DNA of 64,000 nucleotides from the human T2T-CHM13v2.0 reference genome, Homo sapiens. The stretch lies in the NCBI RefSeq assembly GCF_009914755.1, contig NC_060927.1; one strand, written 5' to 3'. Below are positions 29,314 through 44,802 of this stretch, one piece after another. Positions within the stretch are counted from its first letter, which is position 1. Each line of letters opens with the position of its first letter. The notes below the pieces were generated by a model. That model was not told the origin of the DNA. It searched no databases and saw only the letters and a program-made list of their open reading frames with translations. The position numbers and the translations under genes are program-made.

Positions 29314-30139
29314 TTATGCTGAGGTAACATGCTGTGGGGTGTACCGAATTATTTATTAGCTTTTAAAGTTTAATTTTCTCCTTTCTTCCTCCAAAAAACC
29401 TCAAAGGCCTGTTTGCATGAGGTAAGGAAGAGCAGAATGCTCATTTAGGATACTTCATTTCACTTTAATCATTACTATAGAAAGTGAAAACAATAATAAT
29501 ATTAGAAGGTGGCAAAGAACCTTTAATATTTCTACAATCCAACCAACCTTCTAAATTTCTGACTGTCCATTCCAGGCAATCCAAAATATTTCACTTTGGG
29601 ACTTCTCCATTGAGCATCAAAATGCAACTTCATTGTATCATTGAGAGAAATATTTACTACAGGAACTCATACTTTGAACATTTTAGTTTTACATTTTGTA
29701 AACTGATCATCTATTGTATTGTATATTATTATGCCTTTGTATTATATATTATTATGTTTAGCTGATTGCTTTTCTAATATAATATCTGCTTGTCAATTTT
29801 TAGTTTCCCTTACTGGAGTTATGGCTCTTAAAAATTATTATTTAATATGACTAATGACACATTTTGGGGGATGTAGGCTACATTCTGTTAGAGACTTACC
29901 TATTTTGAAGGAGGCAGCTTTATTTTTAAACATGTAATTCAATTGAAATCAACATTATGCTGTTCAAAATGTGTATTTATTGTTCTTGAACTTGGAAGAA
30001 TTACAATTCTGGAATGCATTTCTTTCTGTTATTAATAACAACTGTATCTAAAGATTGCATCCTATAGGCAAACCATGTGCCAACCCTCACCACAATTTAC
30101 CTATTTTAAGTGAGTGACTTAGAACATACACAAGTGTAT

Positions 30140-30223
30140 TTTCTTTCTTCTTTCTTTCTTTTTCTTTCTTTCTCTTTCTTTCTTTCTCTTTTGTCTTTCT
30201 TATCTTTCTTTTTATCTTTCTTC
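30140..30223. repeat. (TTTC)n-like pyrimidine tract
   Basis: seen directly. Confidence 0.85.
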
Positions 30224-30649
30224 ACCCTTAGATACCATTTGAATACCTCATCTACAAGAATGTCTCAAGCAGAAATATTTGGTGGGTTTTATTGTTACCA
30301 GCCCCCTTCACTCTGCAGTAACGTGCTATTTGCATCATGTAATGAAGACTCTTTTTGCAAATCGAGATGGATGGTATGAGTGACAGGGATCAACATTACC
30401 TTCCAGGTGATTATGAAGAGGACTGATATCCTTGTTTGTGTCCTGAATCCCCTATTGATGTAATATATGATAGTAAAAATTATATACTTATTTCATCATG
30501 TTACAAAAAGGTCTTACTTTTTTTGGAGTAGAGTAATAATGTAATCATTTCTACATTCCCATGAATAATGTTATCTATAAACATTAAACTTTGAAAACTC
30601 CTAATGTACTGCTTTCTATTAATGGAGTTCTACATGGGAGAGACTCTTA

Positions 30650-30997
<348 letters not shown>

Positions 30998-31423
30998 TCA
31001 TACTGACCATACTGAACACATTCATGGAGCTGTTATTATTATTGTTTTTATTATTAGTGATGTAGATGGGTTAATAATGTAGCTACCAGTTTCTTTTAAA
31101 TAAAATTTGCATCCCTGCCTTTTGACAACATTCAAGTGACTCTCTGAATATGAAAATATCATATGAAAAATCCAATGTATGTAAAGTTAATCACTAGTAA
31201 TGACTGTTGGGTGATTCAGTGACTGATATAAAAATTCAACAGAGTTTTTTAAAATTTAGTCTAGATACTGATTTTTAATGAAGTTACATATTTAATATCT
31301 TGGTCTCATTGATGAATTGTAGCTTCTCTAATCCAACTCTTAATTTGGTCAAATTTCTTTTGATTTTTATTTAGCATAACATTTCAATAAACTTTGATAA
31401 TTCCTAAAATGCTTAGAATGCTA

Positions 31424-31830
31424 CAAATACTTATTGAGCCCCTACTCTATGCCGGACCCTTTGATAAGCACTAAGTGCCTACTCATAAAGACACCAGCAT
31501 TCCTGACCTCACAATTTCATAATTCATTCATATACAACTTATGATATAAGAAAAGTTATGGTAAAGATAAAAAGTAAATAAAATGACATAGAGTATAGGA
31601 AAGAGAAGCACTAATGGCACAACCCTGAATTCCAATGAAGAATTAATTATCAAAATTCTTTGTGATCTATTTTTTTCAACAAATACTTAAATACTGATGT
31701 TGCAAGCCCTATTCTAAATATTGGGGTACATCAGCAAATAAAAGACAAAAAAATCCTTGTTCTGGTGGAGCTAACACACTAGTTGGGTGAGACAGAAACT
31801 AAATCATAACTACTGTAAATAAGAAAATTT
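31424..31830 (-). mobile_element. two L2 3'-end fragments (about 31424-31520 and 31672-31830)
   Basis: CAAATACTTATTGAGCCCCTACTCTATGCC; TTCAACAAATACTTA...ATCCTTGTTCTGGTGGAGCTAACA. Confidence 0.65.
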
Positions 31831-32249
31831 TAACAAAAAAGAAAATGAAAACAAAAACAAAAGCAACAACCACCAAAAAGAAAATTATGAAGTATGCAAT
31901 TTTTTATTAACCATTTTTCCTCCTTCAAAGCAACTAAACTTTAATCCTGATAAAAGTAAATATTTAGCAATTTTTAAAATGATTTAATTTAAATTATCCA
32001 TGTTGGATATTCAAGTGTATTGGATAAAATATAAAATAAGTTCTAGTTTGACTTTTCCAAATTTCATATATTTTGCTGTTCAGAAACACATTTTCCCATA
32101 CTGGGTGGCACTAAAAACAGACCGTTTCTACGAATCGATAGGATGTAACAATCATCCACAGGGCAGCAGAGGCAATGCAAGTTAGCATGGGCTGTGCAGG
32201 CACAGACTGGGAATTAATTCGTGGCGACAGGAGGGGCAATCACTGCCCC

Positions 32250-32813
32250 TTGCCCTTGCAGTTAAAGCATCATTTGTGAAAGAATATGAATCCTTGTTGT
32301 GGACTGAAACCTTCCATTAGTTCCATGTGTATGGTCAAGAAAATACCAAATCAAAACTTGCAAGAAGTGTGTCTTAGGGGACAAACAACAACAACAACGA
32401 CAAACCACTGCAGACATTAAGGGAGCAGTATTTTGAGAAGTACGGTATCACTAAAGTTGTTGATGGTCCGGGGATGATATTATATGGGAAAAAAACATAG
32501 ATATACATGGTTATGTGTAGAAAAGGCATTCAGGAAAACTGTACTCTGAGAGTAAAGATGTTTTGAGAATACCCATTTTTTTTTTGGTTTATATTTCCCT
32601 TTTTATGTGTACACAAGTGTGATATATTAAAGATGTTAGCTAAGTTTAAAAGAGCTCTGCAATATTTAAGACAAAAACTCCAGACACTGTAGTAAGAATG
32701 GATAATCAAAGAATGGATAATCAGAGCAACTTTTTCTCTTTTTCAGTAGAGCATGAATTATTGGTTCTTCTTATAATCATCAATTATAGGTGTCTTAGGT
32801 TATATGAAATACA
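32250..32813 (+). mobile_element. Tigger13a-like DNA transposon
   Basis: TTGATGGTCCGGGGATGATATTATATGGGAAAA...TATGTGTACACAAGTGTGATATA...TCTTAGGTTATATGAAATAC; contains a perfect 15-bp tandem duplication at 32694-32723. Confidence 0.65.
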
Positions 32814-32832
32814 ATAATTTTATAACCAATAG

Positions 32833-33157
<325 letters not shown>

Positions 33158-34035
33158 GCAAATAGGTATTTTCAAATGGGGGCAAAATTATCCTTCTGTT
33201 TGAAAACCACTACAAAAAAATCACCCTTTGGAATTTTACACGTGAACGTTCACTGATCAGCAGGTAAAAAAGCTAGAGCATCTGCTGCAATTAAACAAGG
33301 AAGGTTTTGTTCAAATTACTAAATAATACCTGTAAGCTCTCAGCAGGAAAATAAAAAGTCAATGCACTAGCTCATTTTGTCATTCAGAGCAGTTGTCAGG
33401 TTTTTGAAAACCGTTATATCTTTTCTTTAATACATTCATTCTAGCATGATTTAGATTTTTTTCATTTCTACTACTCTGAAAGCTTATTTAAGTTGCTTAT
33501 AAAAATGATGCAATTTTCTCTGAAAATTTAATTATGTTTGCATAGCTATTGCTGTGTTGTGCAGGTAGACTTGAAGTTTTCAACCACTGTGATTATGACA
33601 ATTAAGTACAATTGATTGTCTAACAGCATGATTAAAGAGAAATAGCAGGGTGGTAAAGAATGAAAACATGCCTTAACTGCTTTTGATGACTGTCACAGTT
33701 TGTTTCTCTTCCAGCTTCTCTGGTTCCTGGTCTTTGGTTATCACTCCCTTTCCTCCCACTTCCTCCCCCATGCCAAACCACACACAGGACATGTAAAAAC
33801 TTAGCATTTTTCTTAAAAACAAAAAGGTAGGGAACAGAGAGATTTTTCCTGTACACTATTGGTGCAATGAGGAAGGAAGTAATTCTTCCTGCTGCATCGC
33901 AAATTATTCTCAGTGGCTACCACTTTAAGAGTTTTTTGATCAATTTAGCTATTGACAGATAAAATTAAGTCCTTTCAATTATTAAAAGAAATCTGCATTT
34001 TCAATTATTGATTTTGATTTAAGAATGTAATACTT

Positions 34036-34331
<296 letters not shown>

Positions 34332-34370
34332 GTAATACTTTTCTACTTTTCTGAGCAAATGTCATTTTAA

Positions 34371-35684
<1,314 letters not shown>

Positions 35685-35857
35685 CATTAAAATCTTTGCA
35701 AATGTGTTTATATAATGCTAAAATAACAGGATGGCAAATTAAAATTTTTTATTTAGCATTTGATTTACATGTTATCAAATATGTAAATATTTAGTACTCT
35801 GTAAACTAAACACCTGGGTGATAAATTATTTACATCTAATAAAGATGCTTTACTGTT
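35685..35857 (+). other. L1 3'-transduced sequence with its own AATAAA (35838-35843)
   Basis: lies between the L1 tail and the right copy of the 14-bp TSD AAAAAATACATAAG (34369-34382 and 35859-35872). Confidence 0.8.
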
Positions 35858-37496
35858 AAAAAAATACATAAGGGATTGTATTATTTATGCACTTTATTTT
35901 GTGTGTTAAATATCAGTAATAAAATAAATGTTCTCTATATCATATGGTAAAACTACCATTAACATTTCCTCAAAAATTCATTTCTAATTTTATTGCTAGA
36001 AGTTTCTCTTTGTAAGTTACATAATTTCCTTTTGTAATTGCAGATATGGTGAAATTACAGAAAGTCTAAGTAATACACAATGAAGCCATTTCTGAGCAAT
36101 TGTGATGTATTTGTTACACAGCAAGCCAAGTATACCAGGAAATGGAGAACCCTGAGACTTTTAGGTATCTGACAAATTTCTCTTTAATTGGCATAACTTT
36201 AAATCTTATCCACTTGGATGAAATTTCTTTCTGCAGATATATTGTTTTCTGTTCTGTCTTACACAGATCATACTCAACTTTATTTCACAGGACCCCCAAA
36301 TCAGGATCATCTTTACAAACATCAGTTTCTCAATGGCAATTATAAAAATGTAAACAAAACAAAAAAAACCCCAGTGTTTTGTGAGAGCTTTTATGTGCCA
36401 GTTAATTCTGATATGAACATACTTTTATGCCTGTTTTTGTTTGATTAAGGCCATCTCTTTTGCCTACTTCTTATTCAAAGTGTTTTTCTTAGTCTCGCCA
36501 CACCTCCAAGGGACAAGACTACCAGCTATCTTTTTTACATTCATTGTTGTCTTTCCAATTCTATCCACTCTTTACTTTCCTTCTATTTTCTTTTCACGAT
36601 AGCTTTTTACTTTATCTTCCAGATGCTTTCATCTTCTCATGTTTAAGATTTGGCTGATAGCTACCCTTAGACAATAAGAGCAAGTCCTTGTTTGGATTAA
36701 CATTCTTTCTTCACTACTTCTTAGCTAGGGGTATTGGTAGAGCTTTCTATTCCATCTCTTGTTAGGACCAATTCACAACATCAGCCATGCCTGTTATCCA
36801 AGTGCTGAATATACACAGTGTTCCTGTTATAAAAATGAGAGCCTTTGGATACCAATTTTATTAGCTTACCAAAATGTGAATTCTCTATGCCAATTTTATA
36901 TAACTTGGCATTTAGATACATAACAATATTTATGAGGGACACTGTGTGTTGTTGCCAGAGTTTGTTTTTGATGTTCTAATGTCTGTGATTCATGTGCCAA
37001 CAATATGGCTAATGAGTAGATTAAAAAAGGCAAATCTGACAATTACCTGAAAAGAAGTACGTGGTTATTATAGGGTTTAATTTACATGATTCCATGAGAT
37101 AAGAAGTTAGTGTTCAAAGCTCTTTCTTAAAATTTGAAGTTTATCTTCTGTATAATTGATACATCGCTGTAACATCTCAGTCTGCTTGGATAAAGTTACC
37201 AGATTGATCACAAAGCTTATAAATTAGAGTTTTTACCACTAGTCTCTAATTTAACAAGGACCCAAGTTTCACGAGGAGGTAAACCCTGGCCAAAAAATGT
37301 AACAAGGCTCATGTATCTTTTATTTAAAAAATGTGGTCTTTTCTATTGTGAAACTCTAGCATGCGCCTTTGTTTCTAATTATACATATATTTTTCTCAGC
37401 CAAAACATATGATCTTTAGAATTTATTCCCAGTTTCTACATGTGAAAACATGAAAGAATTTTATAGGTCAAGCCTATGCTCCTCTTTTGCAATGGT

Positions 37497-38040
37497 TTCA
37501 GGAAAAAAAAATATTTTCCCTCAGCCCATCTTAGGCACTCTGTAAATTAGATTAACAAGAGATAGATTAATAAGAGAAAAACAAGCTTATTACCATGTGA
37601 ATTGTGCATGCATGTGTACACACGTGAACACTCAGAAATGAGTAATTCAAGGAGGTAGTTAGAACTTGGGGCTTATATACCATCTTAACAAAAGAACAAC
37701 AAATGTTTCAAGAAGTGACAATATAAAGGAACATGACTTTCACTTTCTTGGGGCAGCAAATTGTGGGAAGGCAAATATATGGGAAAACTAGGTGTATATA
37801 AGGAGTATTTTTAGTAAGAATTGTTATGTAGATTCCTTGGTGCTGTCTCTAGCTAATTGACAAGAGAGTTGTCTCAGGTGATTAACTTCTGTCCTTCCTG
37901 GTTGTTGGGGAGATGGGGAACGTGACAATTATATGTCCTGCTTTTAAGCAAATAGGGAGGGCAGAGAGCTAATCCTGTATCTTCTCAATTGCTTTCAGAT
38001 CAAAAATAATCTTTATGCAAAAGTGGCATATTTTGCTACT
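37497..38040 (-). mobile_element. MER34-family ERV1 solo LTR
   Basis: AGATTAATAAGAGAAAAACAAG...GGGAGGGCAGAGAGC...CTTCTCAATTGCTTTCAG...AAAGTGGCATATTTTG. Confidence 0.75.
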
Positions 38041-38139
38041 CTTTGCTTTGTAACTCCTGCTCAGTTCCAAAGCAGTTATATTTTCAAAGCAAGAGAAAAT
38101 CTGACGAAATACACAAGGTTTTTCAAATGAAAAGTTTAA

Positions 38140-38383
38140 TGTAGAGGCAAAGAGACTGGCTCTAGAGTCATGCTTGGTTCAAGCCCTGATTTCATTACTT
38201 TTAATTGTGAGATAATGAGCAAGCCAAACTTTCAATTCCTGGGCTTCACTTTTCTCATCTGCAAAATGGGAAGGGTTAGAGAATATTAAGGATACTTACA
38301 GGACTGTGAAGAGGATTGAGTGAGAAAACACATTTAAAGCACTTACATATGCCTGGCCTATAGGGAACATTCAATAAATGTTA
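38140..38383 (+). mobile_element. MIRb
   Basis: TTTTCTCATCTGCAAAATGGG...TGTGAAGAGGATTGAGTGAG...TTCAATAAATGTTAG. Confidence 0.8.
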
Positions 38384-38387
38384 GATC

Positions 38388-39020
38388 TGTTGACAAAAAG
38401 AATCACACTCTGTAAAATATTTGAAGAGATTTATACTGAGCCAAATATGAGTGACCAATGGCCCATGACATAGCCCTCAGGAGATCCTGACAACCTGTGG
38501 TCAAGGTGGTTGGGGCACAGCCTAGTTTCATACATTTTAGGGGGACATGAGACATCAATAAAATATATATTAAGATGTATATTGGTTCAGTCCAGAAAGG
38601 CAAGATAACTTGAGTCAGGGGCTTCCGGGTTGTAGGTAAATTAAAAAATTTTCTGATTAGCAATTGGTTGAAAGAGTTAAGTTATTATCTAAAAACCTGG
38701 AATCAATAGAAAGGAATTTCTGGGTTATGATGATAAGGGGTTGTGGAAACCAAAGTTTTATCATGCAGATGAAGCCTCCAGTAGCAGGCTTCAGAGAGAA
38801 TAGATAGTAAATGTTGCTCATCAGATTTAAGGTCTGTGTTGATGTTAATGCTGGTCAGCTTTTCCTGAAATCCAAAAGGGAAGAGAGTATAATGAGGTGT
38901 GTCCCTCCCTTCCCATCATGGTTTGAAACAGTTTTTCAGGTAAACTTTGGAATGTCCTGGCTGAGAAGAGGGGTCCATTCAGGTGTTTTGGGAGGCTTAG
39001 AATATTATTATTAGTTTACA
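38388..39020 (-). mobile_element. MER4A-like ERV1 solo LTR
   Basis: TG...CA termini; perfect 4-bp TSD GATC at 38384-38387 and 39021-39024. Confidence 0.88.
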
Positions 39021-39474
39021 GATCATGTAAACATATTTTGAGAGTAACTATGTGACATTCAGAGATGAAACATGAGATGAAACAAGCATTTACAAATGTA
39101 TTTATTGGGGAAGCCATGATTACATGTGAGTTACAAGTAGAGTGATCTTTCCTTATATATATTTCATTGAATAATTCATTTTCCACAGTATACAATCTAA
39201 CTCAGTCCCATGTGGAAAATCTTCATTATGTAGCCAGGAGGCTCGGGTTTTGCTTTTCTAAATATTGTTACTGTGTTGGAAAGAAAACAGAGAATTATAT
39301 TGAGTGAATTTGATGTTTTACTATCTTGAAGTTTACTGTCTAAAATGAGTTTGTATAAATAGTAGACGATCTTTTAGAAATTGTAACATATAGAACATGC
39401 TTCAGTTAGAAACATGGTAGTCCCCTTTACTTCTAATGACTACAAGTAACCTACTTCAATTTTGACATGATATT

Positions 39475-40163
39475 TGTAGACTAAAAATAAAATCCTAAGC
39501 TCCCACGAGCTGAATGAACTTTTTTTTGGCCAAGAGGACCCCAGAGAAATGTTAAAAATCAAGTTCCTGGTTATGATAGAAAGGGAGATCCAACAGTCCT
39601 CATTATACCCTCTCCCTTTTGGAGTTTAGACTCAAGTAACTCACATTCATGTTAAAATAGAGGACGTAAGATGGCCAAAACAGATTCCTTGTAGCAAAGA
39701 AGTACCAAATTATAAATAAGACCTAAGGCCATGTAAAGCAAGTGTTAAGTCATGCCTGTAGACCATCAATCTCCCTTAACAGGTCATTGTATTGTGGCTG
39801 ATTCTGACATAGCATTATTACCTTAAATTAAACATTCCTTTCTAATAACTCCAAGTTTTACATAGAGCCTTACTCCTTTAACCAATTGCAAATTAAAGAA
39901 TCTCTGAATCCACCAATAATCTCTAAGCCCTCATTTCCAGATATCCCGCCTCTTTGGGACAAACCAATGTATACCTTTCATACATTATGTCTTTGCCTAT
40001 AACTCCTGCCCCCTTAAAATGTATAAACCAAACTGTAATCCAACTAACTTGCATATATCTTTTCAGGACTCCTTGAAACTGTGTTTCTCTGGGCCATGGT
40101 CATTCATATTGACTGAGAATACCTCTTTAAAATATTTTACCGAGTTTAGTTTTTCTGTTAACA
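39475..40163 (+). mobile_element. MER4-group ERV1 solo LTR (LTR49/MER4D-like)
   Basis: TGTAGACTAAAAATAAAATCCTAAG...TTTAAAATATTTTAC...GTTAACA; perfect TSD TATT. Confidence 0.85.
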
Positions 40164-40424
40164 TATTTTAAAATCAGCAACCAGCCCTGATTTGTTTTGT
40201 CTAATATCAAAGATGATATCTTTGACATTCTGAATGCTAAAATACAACCAATGCATGATGTTTACTGACATTTTTATACACAAAAAGGAAACATATATGT
40301 TTTGAGGCTTAGTTTTCCAGAAATATCTTTTTATAATTATTAATAACTCAATGATCAAATCTAGATTATGGTGGTTTTTCTTCACAAGCTTCAACCATTT
40401 TTCCTCTCTCATTTAATTTATTTT

Positions 40425-41005
<581 letters not shown>

Positions 41006-41210
41006 AACAATAATTATTTTAATATTCTATTTGGAAGCCTTTGTGGGGTAATACTATACTTCTCATATCCTATATAAAGTCTACATAAAATTGTAATTTT
41101 GTCAAATCAAACATTAAGCACTGTAAAACTTAGTAGCTCCTGTAAAATAGAATGGAGAATAGGCAGTTATCAGCAAATCATTTTTTATTGTAAAATGCTA
41201 AGGATATGCA

Positions 41211-41342
41211 CAAGGCTTCCATGTGTGGTGGTTTAGGTTGTGCACTGTGCAAATTTAGAGGACACCATTGACAGTATCACCTATAGAGAACTCCTCTGCA
41301 ATTGTGCACAGGACACTTTCACTACCACATGCAGTAGCCCTG
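41211..41342. mobile_element. MER91-like palindromic hAT-Tip100 MITE
   Basis: CAAGGC...AGGTTGTGCACTGTGCAA...CACCATT...TTGTGCACA...GCAGTAGCCCTG. Confidence 0.6.
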
Positions 41343-42149
41343 TATGTATTAGTAACCTTCCTGTACTTAATCCTGAGAAGATTTTTAATTTTTAAACAAA
41401 TATTTGGTAACAAAAATGAGTCCAAAGCCCAAAGTGAAGATTCATTACAAAGTAGATGGGCAGGATTTTCAAAACAGGAATGACTAAGTCAGTACAAGTG
41501 GTGGTAATGATGTAACTGTACTATCAGTGGCTTGTGTATCCCTTAAGGATCCATATGGGAAGATTCTGACACAGACTTTCCTGAAGGGATAAGAAAAATA
41601 TTTTATTTCAGTTTCTGTTGTTTGTCTAGATTCTGTATCAGTTGCTTTTGAGAAATGAATTGGTGAAATGAACCTTATGTTTTTCGTATGTCTGAATTGT
41701 TGTAGAATCTTCAGTGGAGTGGCAAGGAAATCTCTCTGCACAAAATGTGGCCATTACATGTTAGCTTAACTCTTCTGTCTCTTCCTGGGTCTTTCCCAAA
41801 CCATCCTAAAACTAATGCAGCAGGATTAAGATATTTTAAGTGACTGGAGACAAAAAAGCTTATTTTATTTGTACCTTCTGCATATAAGTTGTAGTGTATC
41901 ATATATTTGGATGCGATATCATAGACTGAAGAACTGTGAACAGAGAAAAGAGTGTTTCGATGTACTAACATATGCTGTGTTCAGATTCAGCTGCCATCAT
42001 TTTCCTTTGCCACACTTCTGCGCAGAGGAGGAACACATAGATAGAACTACTGTCATGGAAAGGTGAAATAGAGGGAAGAGTTTCCTGGATTATATACTTC
42101 TTACCTCTTATCAGTTGAAATGATTTTACTTAGTTATAATGGAGATAAG

Positions 42150-42418
42150 AAATGCCTAATATTTTATGGGCTTTACAAACTTAGTTCTCTGATCTACAGT
42201 GACGAAAAGAAGAATGGGCAAATAGGGATGGGTGTTGGGTAGGTCATTGATTGGGAAACACCGCAAGGGGCATTCTGAGGCAATGGATAGGTTATATCTT
42301 GAATGTGGTGATAATTACATGGGTATATCCACTTGCCAAAACTCACTAACAGTACAAATATAATGGATGCATTTTATTGTATGCAATTTAGATTTCATTA
42401 AAGGTGATTTTGAAAAAA
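42150..42418 (+). mobile_element. L1ME 3' end
   Basis: TATCTTGAATGTGGTGATAATTACATGGGTATA...GCATTTTATTGTATGCAATTTA. Confidence 0.7.
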
Positions 42419-43034
42419 TGACTACCTACCAAAAAGAAATATTCCTATAGAAAAAAATATATTTTTCTGTGTTCTGAAGGAACAGAACTATATTCTGTAT
42501 ATTGAAAAACACATGAATAATTATTTTTGGGAATTAACTCCTGAAGAGCTGAAAATTTAACTAAAAACAAAAAAGTGGCAAATTATTTTAAAATTTTTCA
42601 AATCATTATTTCTGTGATTGTGTGTAAATGTGTGTGCATGAAAAAAAAATTATCCCATAGCTAAATAAACTAAAAAATGTATAATTAATTGGCTGTAAAC
42701 ATGGAAAATTTACTTTACTTAAAAATTGTTATATTGAAACAAATTAGTACAATTTTTGAAATATGTGAACATGAAATATTCTCTTATTCTTCCTTGACTC
42801 TTAATACCTACTGCTTATTTGAGACTTCACAATTTGTATTCAACACTCAACTGGAACTTTATAACTGGGAGTACACATTTGTTTTTGGTGTGTATCATTT
42901 CATATTTTATTCACTCATTTGATGAAGATTTTTGGTACAAATGAATAAATTTATAAAGTAGGTATGTGCACTCTCACATACATACACACATTCTGCAACT
43001 CATTCTTCACTTGTTATTTTAAAAATATTTCAAA

Positions 43035-43369
<335 letters not shown>

Positions 43370-43419
43370 CTATGTCCAGATCCAAATTCATTTGGTTAAT
43401 TTAAAACATATATCACTCC

Positions 43420-43703
43420 TGTATTAGTCCATTTTCACGCTGTTGATAAAGACATACCTGAGACTGGGCAATTTACAAAAGAAAGAGGTTTAACGGACTT
43501 ACAGTTCCACATGGCTGGGGAGGCCTCACAATCATGGCGGAAGACAAGGAGGAGCAAGTTACATCTTACGTGCATGGTGGCAGGCAAAAAGATAGCTTGT
43601 GCAGGGAAACTCCCCTTTTGAAAACCATCAAATCTCATGAGACCCACTCGCTGTCACGAGAACAGTATGGGGGAAACTGCCTCCATGATCAATTATTTCC
43701 CAC
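43420..43703 (-). mobile_element. THE1B LTR, truncated by LTR12
   Basis: TGTATTAGTCCATTTTCACGCTGTTGATAAAGACATACCTGAGACTGGG...CAAGGAGGAGCAAG. Confidence 0.88.
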
Positions 43704-44216
43704 TGAGAGGTGACAGCGTGCTGGCAGCCCTCACGGTGCTCGCTTGCTCTTGGAGCCTCCTCGGCCTTTGCGCCCATTCTGGCCACGCTTGAGGAGCCCA
43801 TCAGCCCGCCGATGCACTATGGGAGCCCCTTTCTGGGCTGGCCAAGACTGGAGCCAGCTCCCTCAGCTTGCGGGGAGGTGTGGAGGGAGAGGCATGGGCG
43901 GGAACCGGGGCTGCACATGGCACTTGCGGACCAGCGGGAGTTCCGGGTGGGAGTGGGCTCTGTGGCCCCCCACTGAGAGCGGCTGGCCTACCGGCCGGCC
44001 CCGCCAACCAAGGGCAGTGAGGGGCTCAGCACCTGGGCCAGCAGCTGCTGCGCTCGATTTCTCGCTGGGCCTTAGCTGCCTCCCCGCGGGGCAGGGCTCG
44101 GGACCTGCAGCCCGCCATGCCTGAGCCTCTTCTCCCTCCCCCCGCGCACTGGGCTCCTGAGAAGCGGGAGCCTCCCCGAGGAGCTCCGCCCCGTGCTCCA
44201 CGGCGCCCAGTCCCAT
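43704..44216 (+). mobile_element. LTR12 (ERV9; LTR12C/E-like), 5' 513 bp only, GC/CpG-rich
   Basis: starts TGAGAGGTGACAGCGTGCTGGCAG; ends abruptly at GCGCCCAGTCCCAT. Confidence 0.9.
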
Positions 44217-44224
44217 TTAAATTA

Positions 44225-44802
44225 GGAAACATATATGTCAAATTTGGTGAGTCTTGACAAATGCGTACACATGCAATCCACAACCCTATCAAGACATAGA
44301 ACTTTCCCATCTTCTCAGGAACTTCAGTCCTTTTTCAATCAATATCTTCTGTCCCACTCCATGCCACAGATACATCCATATTTTTATTCCTTTCTCCATA
44401 AACTAGTTTTGTTTGTTCTAGGACTTCGTATAAATAGAAACTGTACTCTGTGTCTAGCCTCTTTTGTTTATCACATGTTTTTGAGCTTCATACACATATC
44501 AGTAACATATTTTTTTACTGCTGAATAATATTCAACTGTAGGAATATATCAACATTTGTTTATTCTTCTGTTGGTGGATATTTAGGTTGCTTCTAATTTG
44601 GGGTTATTATGATTAAGAGGACGACCTTTTTATATGAGTTATTTTTGTGCATGCATGCTTTATTTATTTGGGGTAAATACTTAAAAACAGAATTGCTGGG
44701 TCATACAGTTAGAGTACAGGTTAATTTTTGAGACTCTCCTAAACTCACTTCTAAAGTGGTTGCATCATTTTACACTTCCATCAGTAGTGCATGTGAGTTC
44801 AC
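44225..44802 (-). mobile_element. L1MD/L1ME 3' region
   Basis: TTGACAAATGCGTACAC...GAATTGCTGGGTCATA...AAAGTGGTTGCATCATTTTACACTTCCATCAG. Confidence 0.75.

Noticed and set aside
38388-40163. MER4-group LTR pair as a provirus or a large inverted-repeat element
   Set aside because: Opposite orientation, different subfamilies and separate TSDs (GATC and TATT).
43710-44310. Overlapping GC-rich ORFs, or a CpG-island gene promoter
   Set aside because: Explained by LTR12 sequence; the scarcity of stops reflects GC content.
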